A stretch of DNA of 64,000 nucleotides from Candidatus Heimdallarchaeota archaeon (GTDB lineage: Archaea; Asgardarchaeota; Heimdallarchaeia; Heimdallarchaeales; Heimdallarchaeaceae), in assembly GCA_016840095.1 (NCBI GenBank), contig JAEOSZ010000095.1, positions 32,001-96,000 of the forward strand, written 5' to 3'. The first letter of the stretch is position 1. Each line of letters starts with the position of its first letter. The notes beneath the pieces were generated by a model, which made no database searches, was not told the DNA's origin, and saw only the letters and a list, made by a program, of their open reading frames with translations. Positions 49,640 to 59,059 of this stretch are shown here, piece after piece. A program made the translations under genes and the position numbers.

Positions 49640-50920
49640 TTATTGTTGTTGAATCTTTAATCTCACTTTACATGCTGGGCAGGTTCCATTTCCTACTACC
49701 CACTGGTAAAGATGATTTTTGTGAAATGCTATATCGCATGAAGGACATCGTATAATATTCTCCTTGTTGGTTATTGTTTGCATACAAATTGAGCAAGCAA
49801 CTGTAACAGCTTCATTTGTAACTAAATCGTAATTTATATCAGTACTCTTAAAATTAATTTTGTATGAATGATTTGGAGAATACTCAACCTTGTTCCTATT
49901 TAGTTCGAATTCTGATGAATTTCTAGCTCTTTTGCGTTTATAAGCCTTAAATACACTGAAAGATCCGATTATGTAGAGAATACATACAATTGTATAGATT
50001 AGTGGTTTAAAATTAAATGGTGGAGAATAGATATACGTATACTCTTCTTCAATTGTCCATAAAAATGGCCAGTGTGAATGGTGATAATCGATAGGGATTT
50101 GATAGATGTCTTTTGAGCCAATATTAAGAAAAACTCTAGCAATATTTTCTGTTTGTATGTGATCATAATACATCCGAATCTGAATTTCATTTTCTAAATC
50201 ATAACCTGAAAAGTTGAAGTTTATTTCATACCATTCACCTTCGTATACTCCTTCATCAACATACATTTCTAATTCAGAAACATCGCTTACTGCAAAATTA
50301 TCCAACATAGTTTCAACAGTATCTTGATTGGAATCTACAAGGTTAACTGTGTAATTGTCAGGATCTAAATATCTACTATTTAATATGAAGCAGAGTTTGT
50401 TAATGCTGTAATAGTATTCATAGAATCTTTCAACGCTGAAATAGTATTGTTGTTCCAATTGTATGTTGAGTGAATAAGACCAAAGTGGATATATATCCAA
50501 AGTTGTTAAATCAAAGACACATTCCTCTATGTATAGTGAGCTTGTTCTAATTCTTACTATTCCATTGATAGCTTCAATACTAGTAAAATGATGAGTTGTA
50601 GTATCTCCATGATTTATTAACCAGCTATCATAGATTATGTCATCTGAGTCTCGTACTAGTTCAACCATTAAGCCATTGTATGGGCCTTGAAGAGTGTTTC
50701 CCCAAGATGATACAGTAATATTAAACTCAAAAATCTCTCCTTCGATATGTAAGAAGTATTCACTCTTGTTCATTTCTGAACTTACTTGTAATTTGTATGT
50801 CTTATCCACGGCTTCAACAAAGAATTCATTATTAGAATTCAATCCTTTTACTAAATATAGGGATGTAAATATTATTGAAAAGCAAACAAAAAAAAGAATA
50901 AGAGTCTTTGATTTTCCCAT
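49640..50920 (-). CDS. Single-pass membrane protein with ectodomain and cytoplasmic RING finger (putative E3 ligase); ATG 50920 preferred
   Basis: AGGTGA RBS, signal helix, beta-rich ectodomain, TM followed by KRKR, then CSIC..CPSC..FHKNHL.QW...CPAC. Confidence 0.8.
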   Translation of the reverse strand: MGKSKTLILFFVCFSIIFTSLYLVKGLNSNNEFFVEAVDKTYKLQVSSEMNKSEYFLHIEGEIFEFNITVSSWGNTLQGPYNGLMVELVRDSDDIIYDSWLINHGDTTTHHFTSIEAINGIVRIRTSSLYIEECVFDLTTLDIYPLWSYSLNIQLEQQYYFSVERFYEYYYSINKLCFILNSRYLDPDNYTVNLVDSNQDTVETMLDNFAVSDVSELEMYVDEGVYEGEWYEINFNFSGYDLENEIQIRMYYDHIQTENIARVFLNIGSKDIYQIPIDYHHSHWPFLWTIEEEYTYIYSPPFNFKPLIYTIVCILYIIGSFSVFKAYKRKRARNSSEFELNRNKVEYSPNHSYKINFKSTDINYDLVTNEAVTVACSICMQTITNKENIIRCPSCDIAFHKNHLYQWVVGNGTCPACKVRLKIQQQ

Positions 50921-50924
50921 CAAA

Positions 50925-53012
50925 TCACCTCTTTTTCTGTTTATAAAACCCAAGTAAAGCTGCTAATCCAAGAACTGCTATAGCTACTGGCCATGATAAA
51001 CCCTCAGTTTGATAATAGTGTTCATATGGTGTATATTCCGATTCATAAGTAAACCCTACTTCAATCTGTCCAGTATGGTAGTCAGCAACAACTAGCATTA
51101 AGTATTCCTCTTCAGCCAATTCAACAGAGGCATATTTCTTGGATAGGTATTCCAAAGACGATGCGTTGAAAACATAGATTCCAGTTTGAACTTCTTTAGA
51201 ATCAGCATAAAATTGACGATTTTCTTCATCTTGGAATCGATTATCTATTCTGTATAGATATACATCATTATAATCTATCGCTACAGTGAAAGTTTCCTTG
51301 AATTCTACAGTTTCTGGGATAACATTGGCAATGATCACACTTACACATCCTGAAGCGATAAGCGATACTTTTACAGTATGTTCAGCTGGAACAATTAATG
51401 AATCAACTTGAGAATCAATTTTATTTATTAAAATCGTTGAACTATCTATATCTGCTGCCATTATATCGTAGAAGTCATGGCTATCGCTAAATATAATTCC
51501 ATAAGAATCATCATTTGAAGCACCTGTTAGGCGCAATATCACTTGTTGATTTGGCATAAGAGTTATCTCTTTTTTACTAGAAACAGGTATGATGGAATAT
51601 TCATAACTGCTAGAAAGATCTACTATTTGTTCTTCTGAAAAAATTTCGTTTCCAATCCAATCCTTTGTATATATTTTATAGTATAGGTTTTGATCTTGAT
51701 AGTCGTATGCTAGTGATAAACAGTAAGAATCATTGAATAAAGATGTTGCATTTGAAATGGTCCAAAATGGAGTATTATCAAATTTGTAATATATTTCTAC
51801 AAATGGTATGCCAGTTACATCCTTTACCTCACTCATAATGGTGACAAATTTTTCATCGGTTAGAAAGTCTTCACTGAAGTAAATCCAAGTATCAATTTCA
51901 GGAGGAATCTCATCTAGAAGAACTACAAATTCTCTCGCAAAAAATTCTCTGACTCCTGGGTCAATTTCATAAGTTAGATTTGCTATGATTTTGAAATCTA
52001 ATTCAATTGAATACAGTACTATTAACTCTCCAATTAAGTCTGGAATATCTTCAGTTTGAGGATATTCAGTTCCAATTTCGATGTATGTACCACCAGTTAT
52101 ATCAGCTCCTGGTATTAATTCTCCTCTAGTAATCTCTTGAGCTGTACTAGATCCACCACTTGCCATTATAGGACAGAGAATAAAATTTTCTGCTGCATAC
52201 TGTCCATATAATTCTATAAGATCACTATTGAATCTTATTAATGATCCACTATTATTTGGTTCATCAGTAATTACAATAACTAACTTAACTGCATTTAATC
52301 TCCACTCAAGATAGTTCTTAGCACAATACAAAGCATCACCCCAGGGCTCTTGACCACCTGAAGTTCCTCTATTAGAAAGGACATCGACAATAACTGAAAT
52401 ATCTGAAGTTAGATGAGTAATCAAACTATTTGATATCAATGGATTATACAAAGGATCTCCTCCAAAGAGTATCAATCCAACACGAAGGTCAGGAACTTCA
52501 GCTTTAATCTCATCAACAACATTGATTAGCTCCTCTATTAGAGCGTCTATCTCATCGTTCATCGATCCAGATTGATCAAGAACAATAGCAAGATCAAGAG
52601 CTTCAGAAGCTGTTCCTCCCTCTGTTACTGTTACAATTGTTTTTTCATCAGTTATCCATGATTCTCCAGCTGCCAATGAATCCTTTGAAAATAAAGTTGG
52701 ATCCAGAACTGCACCATAGCCATTTGTTTCTGTAGAAACCTCCAATAAATTCATTTCTTGATCTGAAATGTTTGTGATATTGAAGCTAGCAGAGAAAGAA
52801 TCACCAGGTCGTACACTTGGAATGTTATCCTCTCTTTGAGAAGGCAAGTTAGTTATCATTTCAATTGAAATGTTATCTGTTGCACTTGTTATATTAGTCT
52901 CTAAAGGACTTGTTTCATTTAAAAAAAACTCAGTTTTAGAATGTGCTTGAATGCTAGGAAGAATCATAGCAACCAGCACAAAAGTCAAAATAATCTTTCC
53001 TTTTATTTTCAT
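50925..53012 (-). CDS. Surface-anchored vWA-domain protein (ATG 53012 preferred)
   Basis: Signal peptide, MIDAS DQSGSM, EPWGDAL, ITDEP, TGG, Ig-like domains and C-terminal TM with KQKKR. Confidence 0.88.
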   Translation of the reverse strand: MKIKGKIILTFVLVAMILPSIQAHSKTEFFLNETSPLETNITSATDNISIEMITNLPSQREDNIPSVRPGDSFSASFNITNISDQEMNLLEVSTETNGYGAVLDPTLFSKDSLAAGESWITDEKTIVTVTEGGTASEALDLAIVLDQSGSMNDEIDALIEELINVVDEIKAEVPDLRVGLILFGGDPLYNPLISNSLITHLTSDISVIVDVLSNRGTSGGQEPWGDALYCAKNYLEWRLNAVKLVIVITDEPNNSGSLIRFNSDLIELYGQYAAENFILCPIMASGGSSTAQEITRGELIPGADITGGTYIEIGTEYPQTEDIPDLIGELIVLYSIELDFKIIANLTYEIDPGVREFFAREFVVLLDEIPPEIDTWIYFSEDFLTDEKFVTIMSEVKDVTGIPFVEIYYKFDNTPFWTISNATSLFNDSYCLSLAYDYQDQNLYYKIYTKDWIGNEIFSEEQIVDLSSSYEYSIIPVSSKKEITLMPNQQVILRLTGASNDDSYGIIFSDSHDFYDIMAADIDSSTILINKIDSQVDSLIVPAEHTVKVSLIASGCVSVIIANVIPETVEFKETFTVAIDYNDVYLYRIDNRFQDEENRQFYADSKEVQTGIYVFNASSLEYLSKKYASVELAEEEYLMLVVADYHTGQIEVGFTYESEYTPYEHYYQTEGLSWPVAIAVLGLAALLGFYKQKKR

Positions 53013-53147
53013 TTGTATCAATATATCATTATTCTGAGATATTAATAAATGTTTCTCATGTGGCTGTTTTTGCCTTTCTAATTCACCCTTATAAAGAGAT
53101 ATCAAAATTCCGATATGTTTATATAGTTCTTTTGTATTTTTTACTTA

Positions 53148-53540
53148 ATGTCAGAAAAACACTTCGAAAAAATGATTAGTTTACTTGAGGACATTAGTAG
53201 TAGGTTGAAGAGAATTGAAGACAAATTAGGTGATGAAGTAGCAGTTCAATCTGGTGTTTCTGCTTTAGATATACTCTCTAAATCTGCTCTTGATTCTGGT
53301 ATTAAGATAAACAAATCACACATCAAAACCTATTTCACTGTTCAAAAGATTGGTAAAGCTACTTGTAAAGAAGTCGCAGAAGTTACAGGTAGAGCTTTCA
53401 ATCTAGAATCTAGATATCTTGTAGCATTATTTAATGAAGGATTTTTAGATAGAGAAAGAGTCCCAATTCAAAAACCAAGTAAAGATAATCCTGCTGGTCG
53501 AGGTACTGAAGTAAGATATTTTGTTAAGGAGAGGAAATAA
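53148..53540 (+). CDS. Coiled-coil plus winged-HTH DNA-binding protein
   Basis: LEDISSRLKRIEDKL; KATCKEVAEVTGRAFNLESRYLVALFNEGFL. Confidence 0.8.
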   Translation: MSEKHFEKMISLLEDISSRLKRIEDKLGDEVAVQSGVSALDILSKSALDSGIKINKSHIKTYFTVQKIGKATCKEVAEVTGRAFNLESRYLVALFNEGFLDRERVPIQKPSKDNPAGRGTEVRYFVKERK

Positions 53541-54305
53541 ATGAAAACAATTAGTGTACATAGTTATAAAGGTGGAACTGGTAAAACAACCTTTCTACTC
53601 AATATTGCTGGGTTACTTGCTAAGGAAGGAGCTAAGACTATTGCAGTTGATTATGATCTGAGAGCTCCATCTTTTCAATCCTATTTCAAAGTGGAAAATC
53701 CATTATATTTGTCAGATTATCTTCTAGAAGGTGCTTCTGAATCTGAAATTATCTTTCCTTGCATAGCAAGTAATGGTATTAAATTGGATCTAATATTCTC
53801 TTCGATGGAATTTCTCAAACAACATTCACAACAAAGGGACAAATTATCAAGAGATGATTCAAAATATCTAACTAAGCTATTTCAATTGCAAAGTAATTTA
53901 TCTGAAAAATATGATTATATGTTACTAGATACGATTCCTGGTTTCTTTTACCGTTCGATTGATTCAATGATGGTTTCGGATATCATAATTGTAATTGCTA
54001 CACCCAGTGTTTCGAATATTTTGGGATTGAATGAGTTAACAGATAATATCTATGCTATGTTGAAAGAAGACACAAAGATGATTTTATTGATTAATAAGAT
54101 AGATGAAGAAGGAATTGAAGCAGATAAGGAACTTTTTGAAAAAAGTTTATCAACGCTTAAGAGAATAGGTAAAGAAAAATTCTCTTCTGTGCTTGAAATA
54201 CCATATTTAAACATTTTGAGCGAAAGAATATACGCATTTGAAGATGAAATTCCAGAAGAGTTTATGAAAGCAATAAAAGAAATAATGAATCTAATGAAAG
54301 GGTAA
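53541..54305 (+). CDS. ParA/MinD-family ATPase
   Basis: Deviant Walker A KGGTGKTT, DYDLRAP, LDTIPG and INK. Confidence 0.92.
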   Translation: MKTISVHSYKGGTGKTTFLLNIAGLLAKEGAKTIAVDYDLRAPSFQSYFKVENPLYLSDYLLEGASESEIIFPCIASNGIKLDLIFSSMEFLKQHSQQRDKLSRDDSKYLTKLFQLQSNLSEKYDYMLLDTIPGFFYRSIDSMMVSDIIIVIATPSVSNILGLNELTDNIYAMLKEDTKMILLINKIDEEGIEADKELFEKSLSTLKRIGKEKFSSVLEIPYLNILSERIYAFEDEIPEEFMKAIKEIMNLMKG

Positions 54306-54307
54306 AA

Positions 54308-55681
54308 ATGGCTGAAAGTAAAAAAGCAATTGGAAATGGAGAGCTAGAAAAAATACGCGATTATCTTCAAGATTCAAAGAAAAACATAGACCGATTAAAA
54401 AAAGGTAAGAAACCTAGAAGAAAATTGCGTTTCGTAATTGCTGAACACAAATTTGCTTTTACATTGCTTTCTCTCATGCTGATGACAACTCCTTTCATTC
54501 CCTTAATGCTTCCAGGAGAACCTCCACCGATTTATCAACCTCCAAACTATGAATCTGTTGAACTAACTGTAGGTCTAATTGATTCCAATTTTACAGACCA
54601 AGATGGTTATCCAGTCTACGAAAAAACAGAAGCAAATACTTCTTCTGAGCTAATAATATTGTCTTCTTTGACAAATTCTATGCTTTTACAAGCAGGATAT
54701 TTACCTGAAAATGAGGAAATATACAGCAAGATTTCACTGATTCAGGACATTCTTATTAATAGAACTTTTAGAGACGTTGAAAATCTTGATGAAAACCTAA
54801 CTATCACCGAACAAATTATTGGATTGTATACTTTAGTTCAAGCTTACTTTTCTCTACAGGGAACTAACCATTCTTTTAGCTCCTCTATTATTGGTGCTGC
54901 TTATGCTACTTTGATTAACAATTATTTTGATTACAATGAAAAATTACTCTTTCAACCTACTACTAACAGTAGTTATTTTATTGATCAAGCACTAGTTGTT
55001 TGGTTATTAACAACTTATCAGTTAGTGTTTGATGAGGATTATATTTATCATACTGTTTATCCTGCTGATTATTATGTTGATTATCTTCTTGACTCAATTT
55101 TTCTCAATTTCGTAAATTATACAAACAACATTTTTTACAGTGAATATAATGTTACTTCAGGTGAAAAAGCTGTTGTAGCTAATTCTTTGGATCTTTCGTT
55201 CCTATCTGTTGGATTATCTAGAATTGAGAAACTACGACATTATTATTTCTATTATAGTAGTTATTATGTCCATCAAAAGGTAGTAAATGATTTTATTGAT
55301 GAAAACTGGATTGTTCATGAAACGTACAAGAGCGATGATATTCGAGTATTAAAGAATCAAGCATATTTTGCTCTAAGTTCATATCTGATGAGTTTGAACA
55401 CTCTCGGATCTGAACTAGTAAACTCTACAAAGCTGAATTATCTGGCTGGAGATGGATTTTATCAAGATTTAACTGATTATAAAATAACTGCTGAATCATG
55501 TTTATATGGACTATTAATTTTCGCAAGTAATGAATGGTCAAAGATACAGATTGAAAGAGAATATAGAGATGATATACCAACAGAATATACTTATCCTTCA
55601 CTGTTTTGGAGTCTTCTAGCAACTCTTTTCCTTGCAATAGTGGTGCATAGAAAAACAAAGAAGAGAAAAAATTCATGGTGA
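54308..55681 (+). CDS. Membrane-anchored protein with helical ectodomain (N- and C-terminal TMs)
   Basis: Basic N-terminus, TM, (alpha/alpha)-like Tyr-rich domain, C-terminal TM and RKTKKRK tail. Confidence 0.65.
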   Translation: MAESKKAIGNGELEKIRDYLQDSKKNIDRLKKGKKPRRKLRFVIAEHKFAFTLLSLMLMTTPFIPLMLPGEPPPIYQPPNYESVELTVGLIDSNFTDQDGYPVYEKTEANTSSELIILSSLTNSMLLQAGYLPENEEIYSKISLIQDILINRTFRDVENLDENLTITEQIIGLYTLVQAYFSLQGTNHSFSSSIIGAAYATLINNYFDYNEKLLFQPTTNSSYFIDQALVVWLLTTYQLVFDEDYIYHTVYPADYYVDYLLDSIFLNFVNYTNNIFYSEYNVTSGEKAVVANSLDLSFLSVGLSRIEKLRHYYFYYSSYYVHQKVVNDFIDENWIVHETYKSDDIRVLKNQAYFALSSYLMSLNTLGSELVNSTKLNYLAGDGFYQDLTDYKITAESCLYGLLIFASNEWSKIQIEREYRDDIPTEYTYPSLFWSLLATLFLAIVVHRKTKKRKNSW

Positions 55682-55813
55682 CCAGGAGGGGATTTGAACC
55701 CCCGATCACATCCATGATAGCTTGAGGGAAACTTCCTATCAAGTCCCCAAGGATGTATCATACCATTCAAGATAGAAGGGCCTCAACCCTTCTATTAGCT
55801 TGACTACCTGGTC
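55676..55813 (-). tRNA. tRNA-Pro(GGG) with two introns (D-loop 55766-55796; canonical 37/38 at 55715-55744) and encoded CCA
   Basis: Spliced sequence GACCAGG TA GTCA AGCT^TGGTA TGAT A CATCC TTGGGG^T GGATG TGATC GGGGG TTCAAAT CCCCT CCTGGTC ACCA forms a full cloverleaf. Both junctions form relaxed BHB motifs. Confidence 0.9.
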
Positions 55814-55845
55814 TACCGTTGAGCTATGTTTTGTTTCAAAGATAC

Positions 55846-55860
55846 AAATTTAAAGCTTTT
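55846..55860 (-). promoter_or_regulatory. BRE/TATA promoter of the tRNA
   Basis: AAAAGCTTTAAATTT on the minus strand, about 35 nt upstream of the mature 5' end. Confidence 0.55.
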
Positions 55861-55892
55861 CTATCTTAAGACTTTAAGTTCACTAGTAAGAA

Positions 55893-56420
55893 TTAATAAT
55901 TTCTTGCTATCAAATCTGCAACCAGTTCTAGAGCTTTTGAGTCTTCATCCTTCCAGCTAATTTCCTTTTTAACTGTTTCATATCCAATAAAACCTATTGG
56001 ATTGGAATCTTTTAAGATAGGAACTGCAAGTATGCTTTTTACTCCTTGAAAGTTCATCAATTCTATCATTGATTGAGCTTCTTCTGATAATTCGTTAATT
56101 GTATCAATTTGAACTACTTTACGTTGTTCAAACAAAACTTGTTTGTAATAGGGAAACAAGTCCGTTGGAATATTCTGTTGTTCATCTTTAACTGAAGGGA
56201 TTTTCTTTCTACACCATTCATGAGTGTTACTAGCTATCAAATAGTCATTTTCATCTTTTTCGAAGAAGTAGATATAAACTCTATCAGCAGTACTAAACCT
56301 TCCAAGTTCTTCAATCCAATTATGCATTTTCTGATCTAAAGTAAGTTTCATCATCTCTGTATTCATAAGTTTGCTAGAGAAACTTCTTAGTTTTTTAGAT
56401 AGTAAAGAGTTTTTATCCAT
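55893..56420 (-). CDS. Stand-alone GAF domain protein
   Basis: ADRVYIY, SNTHEWC, QGVKSILAVP, IGFIGYE and W..ED..L motifs. Confidence 0.88.
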   Translation of the reverse strand: MDKNSLLSKKLRSFSSKLMNTEMMKLTLDQKMHNWIEELGRFSTADRVYIYFFEKDENDYLIASNTHEWCRKKIPSVKDEQQNIPTDLFPYYKQVLFEQRKVVQIDTINELSEEAQSMIELMNFQGVKSILAVPILKDSNPIGFIGYETVKKEISWKDEDSKALELVADLIARNY

Positions 56421-56531
56421 TAGATGTTCAAAACAACTATACTAATTTTAAATTCTTAAATCTTTAGTGGAAACAGAAAATCTAATAATCTTATTAAAAT
56501 GATTTAAAAATAAGAAAGATTCCATTGAATT

Positions 56532-57272
56532 ATGAAAAATAATAGATTTCTATTACACGAGTTATCATGGCAAGATATTTCCAAAATAGATAAAGACAAA
56601 ACAATAATTCTTTTACCAATTGGAAGTACTGAACAACATGGTCCTCAAAATCCAATAGGAACAGATTTTCTAATAGCTGAACACATTGCTCGAAAAACTG
56701 CAGAAATATCACCTCTGACATATTGCTTACCAACAATTCCCATAGGAGTCGCTTCTCATCATCGTAATTTTCCAGGGACTCTATGGGTTTCTCATGAAGT
56801 GTTTGAGGAATATGTTACTGAAGTCCTAAACTCTTTACATTATCATGGTTTTGATAAGGTTATAGTTGTAAATGGGCATGGAGGAAATACATCTTCAATA
56901 TCAAATGCAATATCATATTGTAACGATACTTTGGAAATGACCTGCATTCTCTTTGAATGGTGGAAAGATCAATCACTAATAGGCTCAATATTTGATGGTC
57001 TTTCTTGTGGACATGCTGATGCTGTTGAAACATCAGTTATTTTTGCTGCAAGACCTGATTTGGTTCAATCTGATAAGTTTGATTCTCTAACTTCAGCTTC
57101 TAAATGGGGAAGAGAAATTGGAGGATTATATCTGTCATCTAGAACAGATCAATTCACTTCCTCTGGAATTGCAGGATCAGTAGAAGGGATTTCTCAGGAA
57201 AAAGGACAAAAACTACTAGAAAAAACTGTTTATCTACTAGAAAAAGCTATAAAAGAGATATCTAAATCATAA
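56532..57272 (+). CDS. Creatininase family amidohydrolase
   Basis: GSTEQHGP, GTD, HH..FPGT, NGHGGN and HA...ETS motifs. Confidence 0.92.
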   Translation: MKNNRFLLHELSWQDISKIDKDKTIILLPIGSTEQHGPQNPIGTDFLIAEHIARKTAEISPLTYCLPTIPIGVASHHRNFPGTLWVSHEVFEEYVTEVLNSLHYHGFDKVIVVNGHGGNTSSISNAISYCNDTLEMTCILFEWWKDQSLIGSIFDGLSCGHADAVETSVIFAARPDLVQSDKFDSLTSASKWGREIGGLYLSSRTDQFTSSGIAGSVEGISQEKGQKLLEKTVYLLEKAIKEISKS

Positions 57273-57334
57273 ATCAGAGAAATGATTTTTAAATCAACAG
57301 AGAAAATATTATAAACACCTAAACTATGAAGTGA

Positions 57335-59038
57335 TTGTTCATAATGTCAAATCTAGATTCATCCAATGAAGCTCTAATCCTACAAAGAATGAGATATGAA
57401 GCCTTGGGAACAGCTTTGAATAAATCTTCAAGTATAAGAAGCTTGTTCAAAGTTCTTTTCGCAACTACACTTATTTTTGGTATCCCAACAGTTATTCTTC
57501 TTTCTGACCCATTGAAAGATAATCTTACAATAGTCTTTCAAATGGTTATTTTCGGTTTCAGAATCCTAATTATAGCAATGGCTCTCCTGCTCTTTTCAAG
57601 AATTACACCACATTTGTACACAGCAAAGAACGATTCTGATAAGAAATTAGAAGAAATAGGATATAAGGATCCGAATACAAATACTAAGGAAGAAAAACTA
57701 TCAATGACTCGAAATGTGATATTCTCTATCCTGAAGGTAATGGTTTTTACATCAACATTTTTCGGAATTTTCCTAGCTAGTTCAAGAGATAACTATGGAT
57801 ATATAATTGGACAACAAGCATTGTATTTAGTAGTATTATTCCTAATCATAGTATCTGTAAAGTTCTGGATATCAAGAAAACCTGATTATTCCCCAAGACT
57901 TGGAGGAAGATTAATGATGTTAGTATTTGTTCCAGCACTTGGTTTCTGGGGTTTTGAAATTATAATAGGTTTTTTCAGTGTAATAAGTAATTCAAGATTT
58001 CATCACAATGTTCTCCAAATCTCTTTTGGTTTGATTTATCCGTTTGCATTTATCTTCTTACTAGTTGCAGTTCTTTATACTACTAAGAAAACAATAAGAG
58101 AAAAACAAACAATTCAAAAAGCTAAAGAAGCAGATTTTGATAGACGTGCTGGTTTTATTGAAGAAAAGAATCCATTCAGTAGAATGATATATCGAATGCA
58201 GCTTTCCTTTAATAAAATGTTTAGAACTATCACCAGAACAGAACAAAAAGAAAAGAATATCGACAAGAAACCTAACCTTCTTATTGTTAGAAGTATGTGG
58301 CTTACAATCTTTGTTACTTTCTTTGCATTTGCATTCATAGTTCCTTGGAATATGTTCCCTCATGATGGAGTTTTACTAGCAGGGGCTGCAATGATTGCTT
58401 ATCAGTATTCCATGATTAAATATGAAAGAGATGAGATCAATGTAATAGCTGTAGCTGAAAAGGATGAAACAATTGAACCTCCAGCTATTAGAACAAAAGA
58501 ACTCCTGACTTCAACTACAAGGTATATTTTGTTACCAACCTTAATCTTCATAGTAGTTCAATACATATTGAATGGAGTACTAACAGATGGAGTTTTTACC
58601 ACAGCAAATTTGCAACTCCTTCTTAGCTTTACTTGGTTGACGGCTCTAATCGTCATACCTTTGTCAATTCATATTATCTATAAGATAACTCAGAATATCA
58701 AAGATAATAGAACAAAAGAAAATTCAAGTATGTTTGTCAGAGGATTGCTGTTTATACTTCTCTTTGAAATAGTTCTCTATGGTACAACAGTTGGTGCACT
58801 TGTAGGAGCATTCTATGGGTATCAATTCGAGTTAATTCACTTTATAGCTCTATTACTTCAAGCAACATTCATAGTAGTTCTAATTATCTTACCAATAGTG
58901 TTTCAACTAATAGCTATTAGAATTGATGAGAAAGGATTCAAAATTCTATCAATTTCAACCTATGTGCTAATAGGTTTGATAAATATAGGAATCTTTACCG
59001 GATTCATTTTGCACATACTACAATTATTCTTTGGATAG
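57335..59038 (+). CDS. Polytopic membrane protein of unknown function
   Basis: About 12-13 hydrophobic segments. Confidence 0.7.
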   Translation: MFIMSNLDSSNEALILQRMRYEALGTALNKSSSIRSLFKVLFATTLIFGIPTVILLSDPLKDNLTIVFQMVIFGFRILIIAMALLLFSRITPHLYTAKNDSDKKLEEIGYKDPNTNTKEEKLSMTRNVIFSILKVMVFTSTFFGIFLASSRDNYGYIIGQQALYLVVLFLIIVSVKFWISRKPDYSPRLGGRLMMLVFVPALGFWGFEIIIGFFSVISNSRFHHNVLQISFGLIYPFAFIFLLVAVLYTTKKTIREKQTIQKAKEADFDRRAGFIEEKNPFSRMIYRMQLSFNKMFRTITRTEQKEKNIDKKPNLLIVRSMWLTIFVTFFAFAFIVPWNMFPHDGVLLAGAAMIAYQYSMIKYERDEINVIAVAEKDETIEPPAIRTKELLTSTTRYILLPTLIFIVVQYILNGVLTDGVFTTANLQLLLSFTWLTALIVIPLSIHIIYKITQNIKDNRTKENSSMFVRGLLFILLFEIVLYGTTVGALVGAFYGYQFELIHFIALLLQATFIVVLIILPIVFQLIAIRIDEKGFKILSISTYVLIGLINIGIFTGFILHILQLFFG

Positions 59039-59059
59039 AACAATCTATCCAATTTTTGT

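Noticed and set aside
49640-55813. tRNA-integrated genomic island
   Set aside because: No integrase, no duplicated tRNA 3' end found by eye, and composition resembles the host.
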